Source of the DNA: Pseudomonas aeruginosa
GTDB taxonomy: Bacteria; Pseudomonadota; Gammaproteobacteria; Pseudomonadales; Pseudomonadaceae
Assembly (NCBI RefSeq): GCF_001457615.1
Contig: NZ_LN831024.1
Location: 5,040,001-5,072,000 of the forward strand
Length of the DNA stretch: 32,000 bases
Direction of reading: 5' to 3'
A model generated the notes under the pieces. It was not told the origin of the DNA. It did not search any database and saw only the letters and a program-made list of their open reading frames with translations. Both the position numbers and the translations under genes were made by a program. Positions within the stretch are counted from its first letter, which is position 1, and the number at the start of each line of letters is the position of its first letter. Below are positions 10,144 to 21,148 of this stretch, piece by piece.

Positions 10144-11598
10144 ATGCTGCATCAATTGACCCTCGCCGAGATCGCCCGCGCCCTCGCCGACAAGCAATTT
10201 TCCGCCGAAGAGCTGACCCGCACCCTGCTCGGTCGCATCCGGCAGCTGGATCCCCAGCTCAACAGTTTCATCAGCATCACCGACGACCTGGCCATCGCCC
10301 AGGCCAAGGCAGCCGACGAACGGCGCGCCAACGGCGAGAACGGCGCCCTGCTCGGCGCGCCGATCGCCCACAAGGACCTGTTCTGCACCCAGGGCGTACG
10401 CACCAGCTGCGGTTCGAAGATGCTCGACAACTTCGTCTCGCCCTACGACGCCACCGTGGTCGAGAAGCTCACCGCCGCCGGCGCCGTTACCCTCGGCAAG
10501 CTGAACATGGATGAATTCGCCATGGGCTCGTCGAACCAGTCCAGCCACTACGGCGCGGTGAAGAACCCCTGGAGCCTCGACCGCGTGCCGGGCGGCTCCT
10601 CCGGCGGTTCCGCCGCGGCAGTCGCCGCGCGCCTGCTGCCGGCCGCCACCGGCACCGATACCGGCGGCTCGATCCGCCAACCGGCGGCGCTGACCAACCT
10701 CACCGGGATCAAGCCAACCTACGGCCGGGTTTCCCGCTGGGGCATGATCGCCTACGCCTCCAGCCTCGACCAGGGCGGCCCGCTGGCGCGCACCGCCGAG
10801 GACTGCGCGCTGATGCTGGGGGTGATGGCCGGATTCGATCCGAAGGACTCGACCAGCGTCGAACAGCCGGTGGACGACTACCTGGCCGCCCTGCAGAAGC
10901 CGCTGAGCGGCCTGCGCATCGGCCTGCCGCGGGAATACTTCGGCGCCGGCCTCGACAGCCGCATCGCCGACGCGGTGCTGGCCGTGGTCGAGGAGCTGAA
11001 GACGCTCGGCGCCACGGTGAAGGACATTTCCCTGCCGAACATGCAGCACGCCATCCCGGCCTACTACGTAATCGCGCCGGCCGAGGCGTCCTCCAACCTG
11101 TCGCGCTTCGACGGCGTGCGCTATGGCTATCGTTGCGACGCCCCGCAGAACCTGGAAGACCTGTACAAGCGCTCGCGCGCGGAAGGCTTCGGCAGCGAAG
11201 TGAAGAACCGCATCATGGTCGGCACCTACGCACTCTCGGCCGGCTACTACGATGCCTATTACCTGCAGGCTCAGAAGATTCGCCGGCTGATCAAGAACGA
11301 CTTCGTCAGCGCCTTTGCCGAAGTGGACGTGATCCTCGGCCCGACCACGCCGAACCCGGCCTGGAAGATCGGCGAGAAAAACGACGACCCGGTTTCCCAG
11401 TACCTGGAAGACATCTACACCATCACCGCCAACCTCGCCGGCCTGCCGGGGCTGTCCATGCCCGCCGGCTTCGTCGACGGCCTGCCGGTGGGTGTCCAGT
11501 TGCTCGCGCCCTACTTCCAGGAAGGCCGCCTGCTCAACGTCGCGCACCAGTACCAGCAGGTCAGCGACTGGCACACCCGCACCCCGGCCGGCTTCTAA
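10144..11598 (+). CDS. gatA: Asp-tRNA(Asn)/Glu-tRNA(Gln) amidotransferase subunit A (484 aa)
   Basis: Amidase signature [54 protein letters not shown]; [13 protein letters not shown]. Confidence 0.98.
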   Translation: MLHQLTLAEIARALADKQFSAEELTRTLLGRIRQLDPQLNSFISITDDLAIAQAKAADERRANGENGALLGAPIAHKDLFCTQGVRTSCGSKMLDNFVSPYDATVVEKLTAAGAVTLGKLNMDEFAMGSSNQSSHYGAVKNPWSLDRVPGGSSGGSAAAVAARLLPAATGTDTGGSIRQPAALTNLTGIKPTYGRVSRWGMIAYASSLDQGGPLARTAEDCALMLGVMAGFDPKDSTSVEQPVDDYLAALQKPLSGLRIGLPREYFGAGLDSRIADAVLAVVEELKTLGATVKDISLPNMQHAIPAYYVIAPAEASSNLSRFDGVRYGYRCDAPQNLEDLYKRSRAEGFGSEVKNRIMVGTYALSAGYYDAYYLQAQKIRRLIKNDFVSAFAEVDVILGPTTPNPAWKIGEKNDDPVSQYLEDIYTITANLAGLPGLSMPAGFVDGLPVGVQLLAPYFQEGRLLNVAHQYQQVSDWHTRTPAGF

Positions 11599-11613
11599 GC
11601 CATGGCAACGCCA

Positions 11614-11676
11614 CGCAGTCCCCTCCCCTCTCCCGGCGCGGAGAGGGCGACCCGCAGGGTCGGCAGCGGGACTGCG
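11614..11676. other. Predicted three-way-junction secondary structure in the gatA-gatB spacer
   Basis: Outer stem CGCAGTCCC (11614-11622)/GGGACTGCG (11668-11676). Inner hairpins: CCCTCTCC (11626-11633)/GGAGAGGG (11640-11647) and CGACCC (11648-11653)-GCA-GGGTCG (11657-11662). All stems are perfect. Confidence 0.6.
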
Positions 11677-11704
11677 CAGGCACAGAAGGATTGAGGAACA
11701 CCAC

Positions 11705-13150
11705 ATGCAATGGGAAACCGTGATCGGGCTGGAAATCCACGCACAGCTCGCCACCCAATCGAAGATCTTCTCCGGCAGCTCGACCGCCTTCGGCGCCGCG
11801 CCGAATACCCAAGCCAGCCTGGTCGACCTGGCCATGCCGGGCACCCTGCCGGTGCTCAACGAGGAGGCCGTACGCATGGCCTGCCTGTTCGGCCTGGCGA
11901 TCGACGCACGGATCGACCGGCAGAACGTGTTCGCCCGCAAGAACTACTTCTACCCCGACCTGCCGAAGGGCTACCAGACCAGCCAGATGGACCATCCCAT
12001 CGTCGGCAAGGGCCATCTCGACATCACCCTGGAAGACGGCACCAGCAAGCGCATCGGCATCACCCGCGCGCACCTGGAGGAGGACGCCGGCAAGAGCCTG
12101 CACGAAGACTTCCAGGGCATGAGCGGCATCGACCTGAACCGCGCCGGCACGCCGTTGCTGGAGATCGTTTCCGAGCCGGACATCCGCAGCGCCAAGGAAG
12201 CCGTGGCCTACGTCAAGGCGATCCACGCCCTGGTGCGCTACCTGGGCATCTGCGACGGCAACATGGCCGAGGGCTCGCTGCGCTGCGACTGCAACGTCTC
12301 GGTACGACCGAAGGGCCAGGCCGAATTCGGCACCCGCGCCGAGATCAAGAACGTCAACTCCTTCCGCTTCATCGAGAAGGCGATCAACCATGAGATCCAG
12401 CGCCAGATCGAGCTGATCGAGGACGGCGGCAAGGTAGTCCAGGAAACCCGCCTGTACGACCCGAACAAGGACGAGACCCGCTCCATGCGCGGCAAGGAAG
12501 AAGCCAACGACTACCGTTACTTCCCCTGTCCCGACCTGCTGCCGGTGGTCATCGAGCCCGAGTACCTGGCGAAGCTGCGCGAGCAACTGCCGGAACTGCC
12601 GGTGCAGAAGCGCGAACGCTTCGAGAGCCAGTACGGCCTGTCCGCCTACGATGCCAGCGTGCTGTCCGCCAGCCGCGAGATGGCCGACTACTTCGAGAAG
12701 GTCCAGGGCATCTGCGGCGACGCCAAGCTGGCGGCCAACTGGGTGATGGTCGAGCTGGGCAGCCTGCTCAACAAGGACGGCCTGGAGATCGAGCAGTCTC
12801 CGGTGTCCGCCGAGCAACTGGGCGGCATGATCCTGCGCATCAAGGACAACACCATCTCCGGCAAGATCGCCAAGATGGTCTTCGAAGCCATGGCCAACGG
12901 CGAGGGTTCCGCCGACCAGATCATCGAGGCCAAGGGCCTGAAGCAGGTCACCGACAGTGGCGCCATCGAGAAGATGCTCGACGAGGTGCTGGCGGCCAAC
13001 GTCGAGCAGGTCGAGCAGTACCGCGCCGCCGACGAGGCCAAGCGCGGCAAGATGTTCGGCTTCTTCGTCGGCCAGGCGATGAAGGCCTCGAAAGGCAAGG
13101 CCAACCCGCAGCAGGTGAACGAGTTGCTGAAGAAAAAGCTCGAAGCGTGA
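11705..13150 (+). CDS. gatB: Asp-tRNA(Asn)/Glu-tRNA(Gln) amidotransferase subunit B (481 aa)
   Basis: [30 protein letters not shown]...; [14 protein letters not shown]; C-terminal YqeY-like tail. The ORF track extends upstream to 11492, but the family N-terminus begins at ATG 11705. Confidence 0.97.
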   Translation: MQWETVIGLEIHAQLATQSKIFSGSSTAFGAAPNTQASLVDLAMPGTLPVLNEEAVRMACLFGLAIDARIDRQNVFARKNYFYPDLPKGYQTSQMDHPIVGKGHLDITLEDGTSKRIGITRAHLEEDAGKSLHEDFQGMSGIDLNRAGTPLLEIVSEPDIRSAKEAVAYVKAIHALVRYLGICDGNMAEGSLRCDCNVSVRPKGQAEFGTRAEIKNVNSFRFIEKAINHEIQRQIELIEDGGKVVQETRLYDPNKDETRSMRGKEEANDYRYFPCPDLLPVVIEPEYLAKLREQLPELPVQKRERFESQYGLSAYDASVLSASREMADYFEKVQGICGDAKLAANWVMVELGSLLNKDGLEIEQSPVSAEQLGGMILRIKDNTISGKIAKMVFEAMANGEGSADQIIEAKGLKQVTDSGAIEKMLDEVLAANVEQVEQYRAADEAKRGKMFGFFVGQAMKASKGKANPQQVNELLKKKLEA

Positions 13151-13209
13151 GTCAAAGCCAGACGCCGGGTTCGCCCGGCGTCTTCTTGTCCGCCAGGAGC
13201 CTGTTGTCC

Positions 13210-13587
13210 ATGCCCACCCCATCCGCCGCCGCGCGCCTCGCCCTCGCCGTCCTGCCCCTGTTCCTCGCCGGCTGCTCCAGCCTCGCCGGCAGCGGTTCCG
13301 CGGATACCGGCGAAGCCTCCTACTATGGCAGCCGCCACGCAGGCCTGCGTACCGCCAGCGGCGAGCGCTACAACCCCAACGCAATGACCGCTGCCCACCG
13401 CACGTTGCCGTTCGGCACCCGCGTGCGGGTAACCAACCTCGACAACCGCCGCAGCGTGGTGGTGCGGATCAACGATCGCGGGCCGTTCCGCCGCGGACGG
13501 ATCATCGATGTATCGCGCAAGGCCGCCGAAGGCCTGGGTATGATCCGCAGCGGCGTGGCGCCGGTTCAGATAGAGTCGCTGGATTGA
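13210..13587 (+). CDS. RlpA-like septal ring lytic transglycosylase/double-psi beta-barrel lipoprotein (125 aa)
   Basis: Lipobox LAGC in MPTPSAAARLALAVLPLFLAGCSSLAG. DPBB signature GEASYYGSRHAGLRTASGERYNPNAMTAAHRTLPFGTRVRVTNLDNRRSVVVRINDRGPF. The start is set at ATG 13210 rather than ORF start 13147. Confidence 0.9.
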   Translation: MPTPSAAARLALAVLPLFLAGCSSLAGSGSADTGEASYYGSRHAGLRTASGERYNPNAMTAAHRTLPFGTRVRVTNLDNRRSVVVRINDRGPFRRGRIIDVSRKAAEGLGMIRSGVAPVQIESLD

Positions 13588-13618
13588 GCCACCTTCTACC
13601 CACGACAGGAACCTTCCG

Positions 13619-14005
13619 ATGAGCGAACAAGGCAAGACCGGCCTGGAGATCCGACGTGAAGTCATGGGCGACGCCTTCGTCGAGCGCGCCATGGGCAACG
13701 CCACCGCCTTCACCCAGCCATTGCAGGACTTCGTCAACGAGCATGCCTGGGGCTCGGTCTGGGCCCGCGAGGCGCTGCCGCGCAAGACCCGCAGCCTGAT
13801 TACCCTGGCCGCCCTGACCGCCCTGAAATGCCCGCAGGAACTCAAGGGGCACGTGCGCGGTGCGCTGAACAACGGCTGCACGGTGGAGGAAATCCGCGAG
13901 GCACTGCTGCACTGCGCGGTCTATGCCGGGGTGCCGGCGGCGATCGATGCGTTCCGTGCGGCGCAGGAAGCGATCGATACCTGGCAGGGCGAACAGCCCG
14001 CCTGA
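13619..14005 (+). CDS. Carboxymuconolactone decarboxylase (AhpD-like) family protein (128 aa)
   Basis: TRSLITLAALTALKCPQELKGHVRGALNNGCTVEEIREALLHCAVYAGVPAAIDAFRAAQEAI matches the CMD family fold motif; overall PcaC-like. Confidence 0.88.
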   Translation: MSEQGKTGLEIRREVMGDAFVERAMGNATAFTQPLQDFVNEHAWGSVWAREALPRKTRSLITLAALTALKCPQELKGHVRGALNNGCTVEEIREALLHCAVYAGVPAAIDAFRAAQEAIDTWQGEQPA

Positions 14006-14078
14006 GCCCAGGAGCCATTCGCAGCGGCATGAGCGCCGCCGTCAGGCCACGGGTTGATAACACCGATGCCTGAGCGAC

Positions 14079-14107
14079 GGCGAATAACGCCAGGGGCGTT
14101 ATCCGCC
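14079..14107. repeat. Intergenic palindrome between convergent genes, possibly a REP-like element and/or bidirectional terminator
   Basis: GGCG-A-ATAACGCC-AGG-GGCGTTAT-C-CGCC: 8-bp perfect inner stem, one mismatch, 4-bp outer stem, 3-nt loop. It lies between the ends of the plus-strand CMD gene and minus-strand magF. Confidence 0.6.
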
Positions 14108-14129
14108 CTATGGGACCGAGCGCAGGCGC

Positions 14130-14921
14130 CTACGGATAACTGAAGCGCTTCACCAGCGTCAGCTCGCCAGGCTTGCGCATCGGCACCAGGAAGGTTTCCT
14201 GTTTCTCGTTCGGCGTGCCCTCTTCGGTGACCAGGGTGATGCGCGCCGTGGTCAGGTCCTGGGCGGCCTGTTCGGCGCCATCCTCGCTGCTGCCGTAGCC
14301 ACCGCCGAAGTAGTTGACGTAGACCAGGTAGGGCCCCTTCTGCGGCGTCGGCGTGGCGATGATTTCCGGGCCGTAGCCGGTGGTGACGTCGACATCCAGG
14401 GTCGCGCCGTTGGCCAGCGAACGATTGCCATACCAGACATGGTCGCCGTCCGGGGTCACCAGGTGCAGGTCGAGGTCGGTGTTGTCGCTGTCCCAGGACA
14501 GCAGCACGCGCAGCTTGGCCGGCACTTCCCCGCCGCCGCCACCGTGATAGAACTGGACCCGTCGCGACTGCCCGGCGGCGTTGCGCACCTCGACGCTGTT
14601 GCTGCCGGACGGGAAGGCGAACGGGCGGTCGAAGCTGCCATCGGCGTCCACCTTCAGTGGCATGCTCACACCGTTCACCACCAGCGTCGCCGGGCGGTCC
14701 TTGGGCTGGCTCTCGATCGCGCCGCGAATGCGCGCGGTGGTCGCCTGGTCGGCGGCGACGTTGACCGAGGACGCCGGGTAGTTCACCACCTGCCGGTAAT
14801 TGGCGGCGGAACCGTCGCCGGCACGCCAGCCGGAGACCGGCGTATCCAGTTTCACGGGGTTGTCCGCCCAGGCGACGAGGGGAAGGCAACTGAGCAGGGC
14901 GGCAAGGGACATTCGGTTCAT
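14130..14921 (-). CDS. magF: MagF: secreted/periplasmic DUF2135-type protein (YfaP-like) (263 aa)
   Basis: Signal peptide MNRMSLAALLSCLPLVAWA. Family-like motif TDLDLHLVTPDGDHVWY and ETFLVPMRKPGELTLVKRFSYP. The start is set at ATG 14921 next to the magE stop; the ORF track extends further. Confidence 0.85.
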   Translation of the reverse strand: MNRMSLAALLSCLPLVAWADNPVKLDTPVSGWRAGDGSAANYRQVVNYPASSVNVAADQATTARIRGAIESQPKDRPATLVVNGVSMPLKVDADGSFDRPFAFPSGSNSVEVRNAAGQSRRVQFYHGGGGGEVPAKLRVLLSWDSDNTDLDLHLVTPDGDHVWYGNRSLANGATLDVDVTTGYGPEIIATPTPQKGPYLVYVNYFGGGYGSSEDGAEQAAQDLTTARITLVTEEGTPNEKQETFLVPMRKPGELTLVKRFSYP

Positions 14922-14925
14922 GGAG

Positions 14926-16575
14926 TCATTCCAGTAGCAGGCGCCGGGCCAGGCTTTCGACATAGTTTTCGTCCTGGCCGCTGGGATGGGCGCGGAAGGC
15001 CAGGTGCAGGTATTCGTGGGTGAGGTCCAAGCGTTCCTGTAGGGAATACAGGCCGCGGACGAAGATGCGTTCGCGCTCGCGATCGACATAGGGCCGCCCG
15101 GAAGCCAGGCGGCACACGGAAAAACTCGGAATCTCCTCGTAGCCGGGCTCTCGGTCGAGACGCTCGCGCCACTGCCGGCGCTGCTTGCGCAGCCAGTCTT
15201 CGGCAGCCGGCAACGGCTGGCAGGCGGCCACCGGGTTGTCCCAGCGGCTCAGGCTGCTGCGCGGGAAAGCCTGGGCGAGGATGCTGTCGTAGCCCAGTCC
15301 CTGCCCGGCTTGCTCCACCGCGTGCTTCCAGGACAGGCGCGCCGGACCAGGCTGGTCGGAGTGATAGTTGACGGTCGCCCCGGCCAGCACCAGGTCGGCG
15401 CTCCAGGCAGCGATCCGCCGCGTCGGCGCGCTGGCCGGGCGCGGCGCCACGCGCTGGCGCTGGCTGCTGTCATCGATGGCCAGGCATTCGCCGCGCGGCG
15501 CGGCGTTTTGCAATAGATAGGTGCGAATGGTCACCGCCAGCGCGCGAGCGGCTTCCTTCGGCTGCGCCGAGGCTTCGCGCTCCAGCACCCGCGCCACGTA
15601 CTCTTCGCGCGAAACCCGCGCGACCAGGCGCGGCACGCCATCCACCCGTTGCAGGAAGAGGTCGCCGGCGCTGGCGATGTCCAGTCGATTGCCGTTGGCG
15701 AAGAGCACTTGCTGCGGACCATGCAGCAGGCCTTCGGCGGCCGGGTGGCCGGAGGGATCGCTGACCGAGCGCAGCGGATAGCGGCTGAACAGGTTCACTT
15801 CCACGCAACGGCCCGGATCGGCCGGCCACGGACTCGGCAGGAAGCGCCCGAGCACCTCGGCGTAGCGGTCCAGAATCATCTTGCTGGTTCCCGGGCCGCC
15901 GAGCCAGAGCGGCGTTCCATCGACCAGCCAGCCAGCGAAACCGCCCTGGCGCGCCTGCGGGTCATGGTCGTCGAGCCAGCTCCAGGTCTTCACCCGCAGG
16001 CGGCCGCCAAGGCTGGCCACGGCATGGCCGTCGCCGGCCTGCAACGCCACGTCGAGCAGTACCCGCCGCGCCTCGCCCTGGGCCGGCAGTTGCTGCAACT
16101 GCTCCAGAAGCTCCTTAACCGGCACCCGCGTCTGCGGTTGCAGCCGTTCCAGATCGAGCAACCAGGCCGGTGCCTGGCGCGCCTGCCAGTAGCCGCGCCA
16201 GGCCTCCGGCCGCAAGGCGAGGCGCTGCGGCTCGAAATACAGCCCGCAGGAGCGCACCAGGGCGCGGTCACGACCGATCGTCTGGCCATTCTCGCAGCAG
16301 TAGACCTCCTCGCGGCTGCGCCCCTGGCAGGTATAGGGCGGCTCGGCCTGGCCGGTGTCGCTCAGCCAGGCGAAGACGAACAGTTTCCACAGGCTGCCCA
16401 GCGGAGCCTGCAAATCGGCCGGCAACGGCCGGCGCTCGAGTACCCGCTGGCGATCCAGGCTCACCAGTTCGTAGCCCTGGGTCGTGCGCCAGGCCAGCTG
16501 GACCGGCGCCTCCGCTGCGCGAAGCAGCAACGGCACGGCGCACAGCAGGACCAGCCAGGCGCGCAACGCAATCAC
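14926..16575 (-). CDS. magE: MagE: DUF2300 (YfaQ-like) periplasmic protein with a SpoIID-like segment (549 aa)
   Basis: Signal peptide [26 protein letters not shown] start overlaps the magD stop by 4 nt (GTGA). [48 protein letters not shown] resembles SpoIID/LytB domains. Confidence 0.85.
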   Translation of the reverse strand: MIALRAWLVLLCAVPLLLRAAEAPVQLAWRTTQGYELVSLDRQRVLERRPLPADLQAPLGSLWKLFVFAWLSDTGQAEPPYTCQGRSREEVYCCENGQTIGRDRALVRSCGLYFEPQRLALRPEAWRGYWQARQAPAWLLDLERLQPQTRVPVKELLEQLQQLPAQGEARRVLLDVALQAGDGHAVASLGGRLRVKTWSWLDDHDPQARQGGFAGWLVDGTPLWLGGPGTSKMILDRYAEVLGRFLPSPWPADPGRCVEVNLFSRYPLRSVSDPSGHPAAEGLLHGPQQVLFANGNRLDIASAGDLFLQRVDGVPRLVARVSREEYVARVLEREASAQPKEAARALAVTIRTYLLQNAAPRGECLAIDDSSQRQRVAPRPASAPTRRIAAWSADLVLAGATVNYHSDQPGPARLSWKHAVEQAGQGLGYDSILAQAFPRSSLSRWDNPVAACQPLPAAEDWLRKQRRQWRERLDREPGYEEIPSFSVCRLASGRPYVDRERERIFVRGLYSLQERLDLTHEYLHLAFRAHPSGQDENYVESLARRLLLE

Positions 16576-19500
16576 TCGACCTTGACCTTGGCCAGCGCCG
16601 GCTTGGCTTCCAGGGCCTGCTGTTCCGGCGCGTAGAGACGCAGGTAGCGGGCCGGTGGCAGGTTGAAGCTGCCTTTCTGGGAGAAACGCACCAGGTGACG
16701 GAAACGCTGCTCGCCACTCAGGCTGTCCACCGGCACCCCGTAGAACAACTCGCCCGGTTCGTTGCGCGCGCGCTCCAGGGTGGTCGCTTCGTCGCCGGCC
16801 AGGCCGCTGATCTTGATGCCCCAGGTGGTGCGCTCGACATCCGCGCCGGGCGGCAGCGGCAGTTCCAGCATGCCGTAGCGTAGAGCGGTGTCTTCCGGAA
16901 CGTTCAGGGTCACTTCGTCGAGATACAGTTCGTCGCTGGAAAGCGGCTTGTCGCCAACCTCCTCGACCTTGAACTCGAACGCCCCCTCACCGGGCACCAG
17001 GCGCAGCAGACGACGGCTGATCTGCACCGGCAGTTGCCCGCTCGGCGCCTGGGCGCTGCGGTAGCTGAGCGCAACCGGCAACGGCCGGGCCGGCGCCTCG
17101 TCCAGGTCGACCCAGCTCGGAATGCCGCGGCCGCGCCATTGCCAGTAGGTTTCGCCGCTGGCGCCGCGCTGCGCCTGCCAGTCCTTCGGCGGCTGCGGCA
17201 GCTTGCCCTGCGGCGCCTGGGCCAACGCGCCCTGCAGCCAGGTCAGGGCCAGGGCGCGTTCCAGGGTCGATTGCGCCGGCGCCAGGCGTTGCAGCAGAGC
17301 GCTGACCTGCTGGCCATCCACGGCCGAGCGAGAGGCCAGCAAGGCATCGGTGAACGGCAAGCCGGCCTCACGCAGGCGCTGCGTCGCCGTCTCGGCCTGG
17401 GCGGCCAGCGGAGCGGGCACCGCGACCCGCAGTTGCCGTGCCAGGTCCACCGCCAGCACTCGCGCCGCGGCCAGGCCGACGGCCGAGTCCGGGTCGCCCA
17501 GCACCAGGCCGTCGTCGGCCTCCAGCGGCTCCGCGCGCGCCTGCCCTTCGCCGGCGTTGGCCAGGTCGTTGAGCAGGCCGCCGAGCAGGGTGTTCACCGG
17601 CAACTGCATGTCGCGGGCGAAAGCCAGGATCAGCGCACGCTGCAGCAGCGGGGTCTGCGTCGCCTGCTTGGCGTAGGGCTCGAGGATGCGCTGCCAGTGT
17701 TCGGCCGGCAGTTGGATCTCCAGTGCGCGGCTGGCGTACCAATCGGCGTAGTAGGCGTAGGCGGTGAGGAAAGCGTCGCCATCGACGTCGCCGCCCCACC
17801 AGGCGAACCAGGCGTCCGGGCCGGCCATCTGCACCAGGCGCAGGCGACTGTTCTGCATGATCAGGCGCAGGCGGTCGCGAATCCGCGGCTCGCCGCCGGC
17901 CAGCGCCGGATAGGCGATGCTCAGCGGCAGCAGTTGGCTGGCGGTCTGCTCGACGCCGCCGTAGGGATATTCCAGCAGGTCATCGAGATTGCCCAGGTAG
18001 GCCGCGGCCGGGCCATCGGCCAGGCGCAGGCGTACGTCGCGGGCGTCCGCCGGCAGTTGCAGCGGGTTGCTCGCCGCCGCCAGGCTGAGGTTCTGCGCCT
18101 GCTCCACCTGCCAGCCGTCGGCCAGCAGGTTGAAGCGCACCGCCAGGCGGTCGCGGACCTGCCCGTCCTGGCGCAGCTCGGCGCTCCAGTCGCCATCGCT
18201 GAGCGGCTGTTGCGCCAGCGGTATGTAGTTGACTCCCTTGGCCAGCTCCAGGGGCTGGCTGCGCTGGCTGCCAGGCGGCCCGCTGAGCAGCTCGGCCTTG
18301 ACCGGCTGTTCGCCCTGGTTGAAGACGAACAGGCCGAGGTCGGGCTGGTCACCCTGGCGGAAGCGGGTCGGCCCGCTCCATTTCAGGTACAGCGGCTTCT
18401 CCGAGCGAAGGAACTGCTTCTTCTGGCCGACCTGGCCGTTGTCGTCGATGGCCCGTGCGGTGATCCGCCAGCGGGTCAGCGAGTCGGGCATGCGGAAGCT
18501 GAAGCTGGCCTTGCCCTGGGCGTCGGTGACCAGCTCCGGCTGCCAGGCGGCGGTGTCGACATCCTCGCGGCGCGGCCGCTCCAGTACCTTGACGCCGCGC
18601 TCGCTGCGGTTCGCCCGTCCGGGTGCGCTGGTGCTGCCGGGCAACGCCACGTCGTAGCTGATGAAGGCCAGGCTGGCGCTGGTGCGCACGTTGTTGCGCC
18701 GCGGATGGTAGAAGAACTGGTCGATGCCGGGGGCGATCTCCGCCTGCAGGGCATAGACCATCTCATCCACCACGCTGACGGTCAGGTGGCTGGAAACCGG
18801 TTTGCCGGCGAAGCGCGTGGCCAGGGTCACGGTCACCGTCTCGCCCGGTTCGTAGCGCTCCTTGTCGGTGGCGATGTCGATCTCTACCTGGGGCATGCCG
18901 ACCTTGATCCCGGCGTTCTGGAAGCTGTAGTCGCCGCCCTTGGTGTAGAGCACCGAGAAGGTCAGGTTCGGTGAGAACTCCTCGCGCACCGGGATCCACA
19001 CGCGGTACTGGGTCGGATTGAGTTTTTCCAGGCGCAGCCAGTCGGCGCCCTTGGACAGCAGGGCGGTGGCCTCGACCTTGTCGCGCTCCAGGGACAACAG
19101 CGCATCCTCCACCGGCTCGGGGAAGGTGATCAGTGCGGAGGCTTCCTCGCCGGTGCGGTACTCGGGCTTGTCGAACACCACCTCGACGGTGCCCGGCACC
19201 GACTTCACGCCCTCGCCGCTCACCGAGTGGCCGGTGGCGCCAAGGAGCTGGCCCTTGTCGTCGCGCAGCTCCACGGAATAGGTACCGGGGCGCTCGAAGG
19301 TCAGCGCGAAGCGGCCGTCGGCGACCGGACCGCTGTCGGTGGCGCGGTCCTCCAGGCGGATCCACTGGTAGCTGCTCGGCTTGAGCGGGGTCGGCTGTTC
19401 GCTGGCATAGCTGAACTCGACCTTCTCGCCGGCGGCGCTGAAGCGCTGCGGCGCGCTCAGGCGGTAGCGCGCGGCGCCGCGCTCGATGAGGATCTCCTTG

Positions 19501-21122
19501 CTGGTCTTGACCCGGTAGGCGGCGCCGTCGCTGGCGAAGATGGTCAGCATGTAGCGACTGGGTTTCTCGGCCGGCGGCAATTCGATGGCGGCGCGGCCCT
19601 CGCCGTCGGTGGTCAGTTCGGTGCTGCTCAGTTCCACCGGGAACTGGCCGAGATACTGCAGTTCGTTGTCCACCATCGACAACTGCTGGGCGCGCAGGCT
19701 CAGTTGCAGGCGCGCGTTGGCCACCGGCTTGCCGTCCGGATAGAGCAGGACGATCTCGCCCTTCACCGGCTCGGCGGTCTTGAAGTCCGGCTTGGCCAGG
19801 TCGAGGGCGACTTCGAAGTGCGGCTTGATGTATTCGGCGACGCGGAAGGCGCTGCTGTAGGTCTGCCCGCGGTAGTCGAAGCGCAACTCGTAGCCGCCGG
19901 CGACGGCGTTCTCCGGCAGTTGGAAGCGGCCATTGGCGCCGCTCTTCGCGTCGAAGCGGAGGTCCAGGCTTTGCAATACCGTGCCGCTGGCGTCGATCAC
20001 GCTCAGGCGCACCGGCGCGCTGGCGGCGGCCTGGGATTGCCGGGCGTCCTTGAACTCGCGGCCGACCATCTTCAACGAGACCCAGTCGCCCGGCCGGTAC
20101 AGCGGGCGGTCGGTGAAGGCGTAGATCTTGGTGTCGTAGATCTCGCTGTCGTAATAGAAGTTCTCGGAGACGAAGACCCCGCCCTCGCGGTCCTCGCCGA
20201 TCACGTAGGAGCGCTCCGGACTGGCGTGCTTGAGCCGCAGCAGGCCGTCGGCGTCGGTATTGCCGCTGCTCATCACGCCCAGGCCGTCGGTCCACAGCAC
20301 CTTGGTGTCGGGCACCGGGGTGCCTTCGTGCTTGCGTGCGGTCCAGACCAGCAGCTCGTCGCCGGCGACCTTGCTCACCGCCACGCTGTTGGAGACGAAC
20401 ACCACGGTGGTGGCGCGGTACTTGCCGACAAGCGCCTCGACCAGGTACAGGCCCGGCTTCAGCTTGCCCAGCGGGATGTAGACATTGCCCGGCACGACGT
20501 TGATGAACTCGCTGGAGGAACCGGCCAGCTTTACGTCCTGCGGCGGCTCGATGGGCTTGGCGTCCCACAGCGGATAGCGGAACTGGCTGACCAGCGGCAG
20601 GCCGGGAATCGGCGCGTATTGCGGCTGCGCGTCGTAGGGCGTCGGCGCGGTCATGGCGTTGCCCATCTTCAGCTCGGGCACCGCCTCGGTGACCTGTTGC
20701 CGCGACTCGTAGGAGAAGGCGCGCTGCATCACCCGGCGCGACTTGCGATACCAGTTGTCCCAGAGATAGGCCAGGGTGTTCGACAGGCCTTCGCCCTTGA
20801 ACTGTCCCTCGGCCAGGACCCGGTGCAGGTTCTTCTGCCGCTTGAGGAACTCCAGCGGCTGTTCGATCCGGTACAGGCGCACGTCGACCCCGCCATAGGG
20901 CTCCATGCGGTAGCGCCGGTAGTCGCGGCCGGGCGCTTCGAGACGGACCCGCGCTTCCTCGTCGGTGGCGAAGCTGCTGTCGGCGAGCAGGAAGAAGGAT
21001 TCGCCGGCCATCGGCGTGTAGCCGCTCGGTTCCACCGTGTCTTCCGCCTGGACGGCGGCGAACGGCAGCAGGACCAGGGCGGCGACCGCCAGGCTACGGC
21101 TGAAACGGCGCAGGTTGCTCAT
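16572..21122 (-). CDS. magD: MagD: bacterial alpha-2-macroglobulin-like protease inhibitor (YfaS type), thioester Cys replaced by Gly (1516 aa from ATG 21122)
   Basis: MG-domain repeats ([20 protein letters not shown]; [20 protein letters not shown]), [19 protein letters not shown], thioester-domain equivalent [24 protein letters not shown], and signal peptide [19 protein letters not shown] without a lipobox Cys. Confidence 0.95.
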   Translation of the reverse strand: MSNLRRFSRSLAVAALVLLPFAAVQAEDTVEPSGYTPMAGESFFLLADSSFATDEEARVRLEAPGRDYRRYRMEPYGGVDVRLYRIEQPLEFLKRQKNLHRVLAEGQFKGEGLSNTLAYLWDNWYRKSRRVMQRAFSYESRQQVTEAVPELKMGNAMTAPTPYDAQPQYAPIPGLPLVSQFRYPLWDAKPIEPPQDVKLAGSSSEFINVVPGNVYIPLGKLKPGLYLVEALVGKYRATTVVFVSNSVAVSKVAGDELLVWTARKHEGTPVPDTKVLWTDGLGVMSSGNTDADGLLRLKHASPERSYVIGEDREGGVFVSENFYYDSEIYDTKIYAFTDRPLYRPGDWVSLKMVGREFKDARQSQAAASAPVRLSVIDASGTVLQSLDLRFDAKSGANGRFQLPENAVAGGYELRFDYRGQTYSSAFRVAEYIKPHFEVALDLAKPDFKTAEPVKGEIVLLYPDGKPVANARLQLSLRAQQLSMVDNELQYLGQFPVELSSTELTTDGEGRAAIELPPAEKPSRYMLTIFASDGAAYRVKTSKEILIERGAARYRLSAPQRFSAAGEKVEFSYASEQPTPLKPSSYQWIRLEDRATDSGPVADGRFALTFERPGTYSVELRDDKGQLLGATGHSVSGEGVKSVPGTVEVVFDKPEYRTGEEASALITFPEPVEDALLSLERDKVEATALLSKGADWLRLEKLNPTQYRVWIPVREEFSPNLTFSVLYTKGGDYSFQNAGIKVGMPQVEIDIATDKERYEPGETVTVTLATRFAGKPVSSHLTVSVVDEMVYALQAEIAPGIDQFFYHPRRNNVRTSASLAFISYDVALPGSTSAPGRANRSERGVKVLERPRREDVDTAAWQPELVTDAQGKASFSFRMPDSLTRWRITARAIDDNGQVGQKKQFLRSEKPLYLKWSGPTRFRQGDQPDLGLFVFNQGEQPVKAELLSGPPGSQRSQPLELAKGVNYIPLAQQPLSDGDWSAELRQDGQVRDRLAVRFNLLADGWQVEQAQNLSLAAASNPLQLPADARDVRLRLADGPAAAYLGNLDDLLEYPYGGVEQTASQLLPLSIAYPALAGGEPRIRDRLRLIMQNSRLRLVQMAGPDAWFAWWGGDVDGDAFLTAYAYYADWYASRALEIQLPAEHWQRILEPYAKQATQTPLLQRALILAFARDMQLPVNTLLGGLLNDLANAGEGQARAEPLEADDGLVLGDPDSAVGLAAARVLAVDLARQLRVAVPAPLAAQAETATQRLREAGLPFTDALLASRSAVDGQQVSALLQRLAPAQSTLERALALTWLQGALAQAPQGKLPQPPKDWQAQRGASGETYWQWRGRGIPSWVDLDEAPARPLPVALSYRSAQAPSGQLPVQISRRLLRLVPGEGAFEFKVEEVGDKPLSSDELYLDEVTLNVPEDTALRYGMLELPLPPGADVERTTWGIKISGLAGDEATTLERARNEPGELFYGVPVDSLSGEQRFRHLVRFSQKGSFNLPPARYLRLYAPEQQALEAKPALAKVKVE

Positions 21123-21148
21123 TGCTGTGGTCTTCACTGGGACGCGAT

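Noticed and set aside
10126-11940. 604-aa minus-strand ORF opposite gatA, and a 607-aa ORF opposite gatB (11561..13384)
   Set aside because: Antisense to highly conserved gatA/gatB, whose motifs are unambiguous.
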